From contig NC_010296.1 of assembly GCF_000010625.1 (NCBI RefSeq), positions 2,790,001 through 2,822,000 of the forward strand: 32,000 nucleotides of DNA, written 5' to 3'. Source of the DNA: Microcystis aeruginosa NIES-843. GTDB lineage: Bacteria; Cyanobacteriota; Cyanobacteriia; Cyanobacteriales; Microcystaceae. The notes beneath the pieces were generated by a model. The model saw only the letters and a list, made by a program, of their open reading frames with translations. It did not search any database and was not told the origin of the DNA. Position 1 is the stretch's first letter. Each line of letters begins with the position of its first letter. This document shows positions 30,701 through 32,000 of this stretch, one piece after another. A program made the position numbers and the translations under genes.

Positions 30701-32000
30701 TTAGGGATTGAAACATTTTAGACATTTTTAGGTCTGTGCCAAGAATGCAGTTCCAATTAATCTTAAACCCTATTAGGGATTGAAACCGTTAGTTTCAATT
30801 GAAGCATCAAGATAAATATCATCGTTCCAATTAATCTTAAACCCTATTAGGGATTGAAACGTAATATTAAATTATAGAGAAAGACGACCGCAACTAAGTT
30901 CCAATTAATCTTAAACCCTATTAGGGATTGAAACATTTTTTTTAGCGACCCTTCGGCTTTGCTCGGGGGTTCCAATTAATCTTAAACCCTATTAGGGATT
31001 GAAACTCATCCGTCTATCATTCACCTTTTTATAATACCATGAAAAGTTCCAATTAATCTTAAACCCTATTAGGGATTGAAACATGAGCCCATTAGTTGAG
31101 GGATTCACAAAAGTTTGTTCCAATTAATCTTAAACCCTATTAGGGATTGAAACAAAAAAGGAGGACAAGTTGATGGGATTTGTAAAACGTTCCAATTAAT
31201 CTTAAACCCTATTAGGGATTGAAACCGAATACTTCATCTGACCTCCTGTAGAATCGGGTTCCAATTAATCTTAAACCCTATTAGGGATTGAAACCTCGCT
31301 CTAGCCTCGGAACGATCAGAAATCTACTGGTTCCAATTAATCTTAAACCCTATTAGGGATTGAAACCTCTTTGGCTTTCTGATGTGTCTCCTCGCGACAA
31401 ACGTTCCAATTAATCTTAAACCCTATTAGGGATTGAAACGCCATAAGAAGGGATCTCTTAAATATAAAATTATTGTTCCAATTAATCTTAAACCCTATTA
31501 GGGATTGAAACAATTTCTTATTAGAGATTAAGGGGTAATTGCCCTCGTTCCAATTAATCTTAAACCCTATTAGGGATTGAAACCCACAAACCTTTTTTAC
31601 CGGAGTAACTTTTAGATCGAGTTCCAATTAATCTTAAACCCTATTAGGGATTGAAACTCTTTATAAGCATATCTTCTCATTATCTCTCGCCAGTTCCAAT
31701 TAATCTTAAACCCTATTAGGGATTGAAACCTCAAACAAATCGGCTAAATCAAAACTCCAGTTTTGTTCCAATTAATCTTAAACCCTATTAGGGATTGAAA
31801 CTATTCCAATGCTCCCATTTGGGAGCCTAAAAAGATGTTCCAATTAATCTTAAACCCTATTAGGGATTGAAACCGAAATTCTGCAATTCCATCGGCAATA
31901 ATTAAAGTTCCAATTAATCTTAAACCCTATTAGGGATTGAAACCGAAATTCTGCAATTCCATCGGCAATAATTAAAAAGTTCCAATTAATCTTAAACCCT
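24769..32000 (+). CRISPR. CRISPR array, 37-nt repeat GTTCCAATTAATCTTAAACCCTATTAGGGATTGAAAC, 100 complete repeats + 1 truncated by the window end, 100 spacers of about 33-40 nt
   Basis: I counted repeats by hand line by line. First repeat is 24769-24805; the last partial repeat starts at 31979. I noticed no variant repeat. Orientation comes from the cas2-proximal leader and the 3' ATTGAAAC tag. Confidence 0.99.

Noticed and set aside
26513-31627. Five minus-strand ORFs in the track (26513-26722, 27526-27735, 29008-29244, 29190-29387, 31343-31627) with recurring 'FQSLIGFKINWN'
   Set aside because: They are translations of the CRISPR repeat reverse complement, interrupted by spacers. They are not genes.

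Overview
Cyanobacterial-looking DNA (dense GCGATCGC/HIP1 sites) dominated by one CRISPR-Cas locus. The left edge holds the 3' part of an HtrA/DegP protease gene. A type I-D locus follows: WYL/RHH regulator (minus strand), cas3' helicase, two tandem MNT-HEPN toxin-antitoxin pairs, cas10d (split by a 65-bp tandem duplication that shifts the frame), csc2 (cas7d), csc1 (cas5d), then cas6, cas4, cas1, cas2, a leader and a very large array. The array has 100 complete 37-nt repeats (GTTCCAATTAATCTTAAACCCTATTAGGGATTGAAAC) plus a 101st cut by the window end. About 10.8 kb of accessory DNA breaks the operon between csc1 and cas6. (i) An 8.86-kb, visibly AT-richer cargo (11057-19915) is bracketed by 78-bp direct repeats of the uma2 5' end. 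It carries a paralogous WYL regulator, a degenerate two-repeat mini-array, a 47-aa ORF and a tightly coupled four-gene type-I-like effector operon: HD-less zinc-finger large subunit, Cas7-like, Cas5-like, and HD+DEAH Cas3. The cargo has no cas6, cas1/2/4 or array of its own. (ii) A diverged segmental duplication csc1'-uma2-cas6' carries a MITE. (iii) A 237-bp TTAA-flanked insertion with 4 x 34-bp G6/C6 hairpin repeats lies directly upstream of cas6. The most interesting signal is the mini-array. Read on the minus strand it keeps the I-D hairpin and the ATTGAAAC tag, and its 23-nt spacer has a GTC-PAM-flanked 10(+6)-nt seed match onto the -35 box of a near-consensus promoter heading the second effector operon. 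That is a CreA/CreR-like, crRNA-guided repression circuit that could link the two effector modules. All calls rest on motifs read by eye; no database search was possible.
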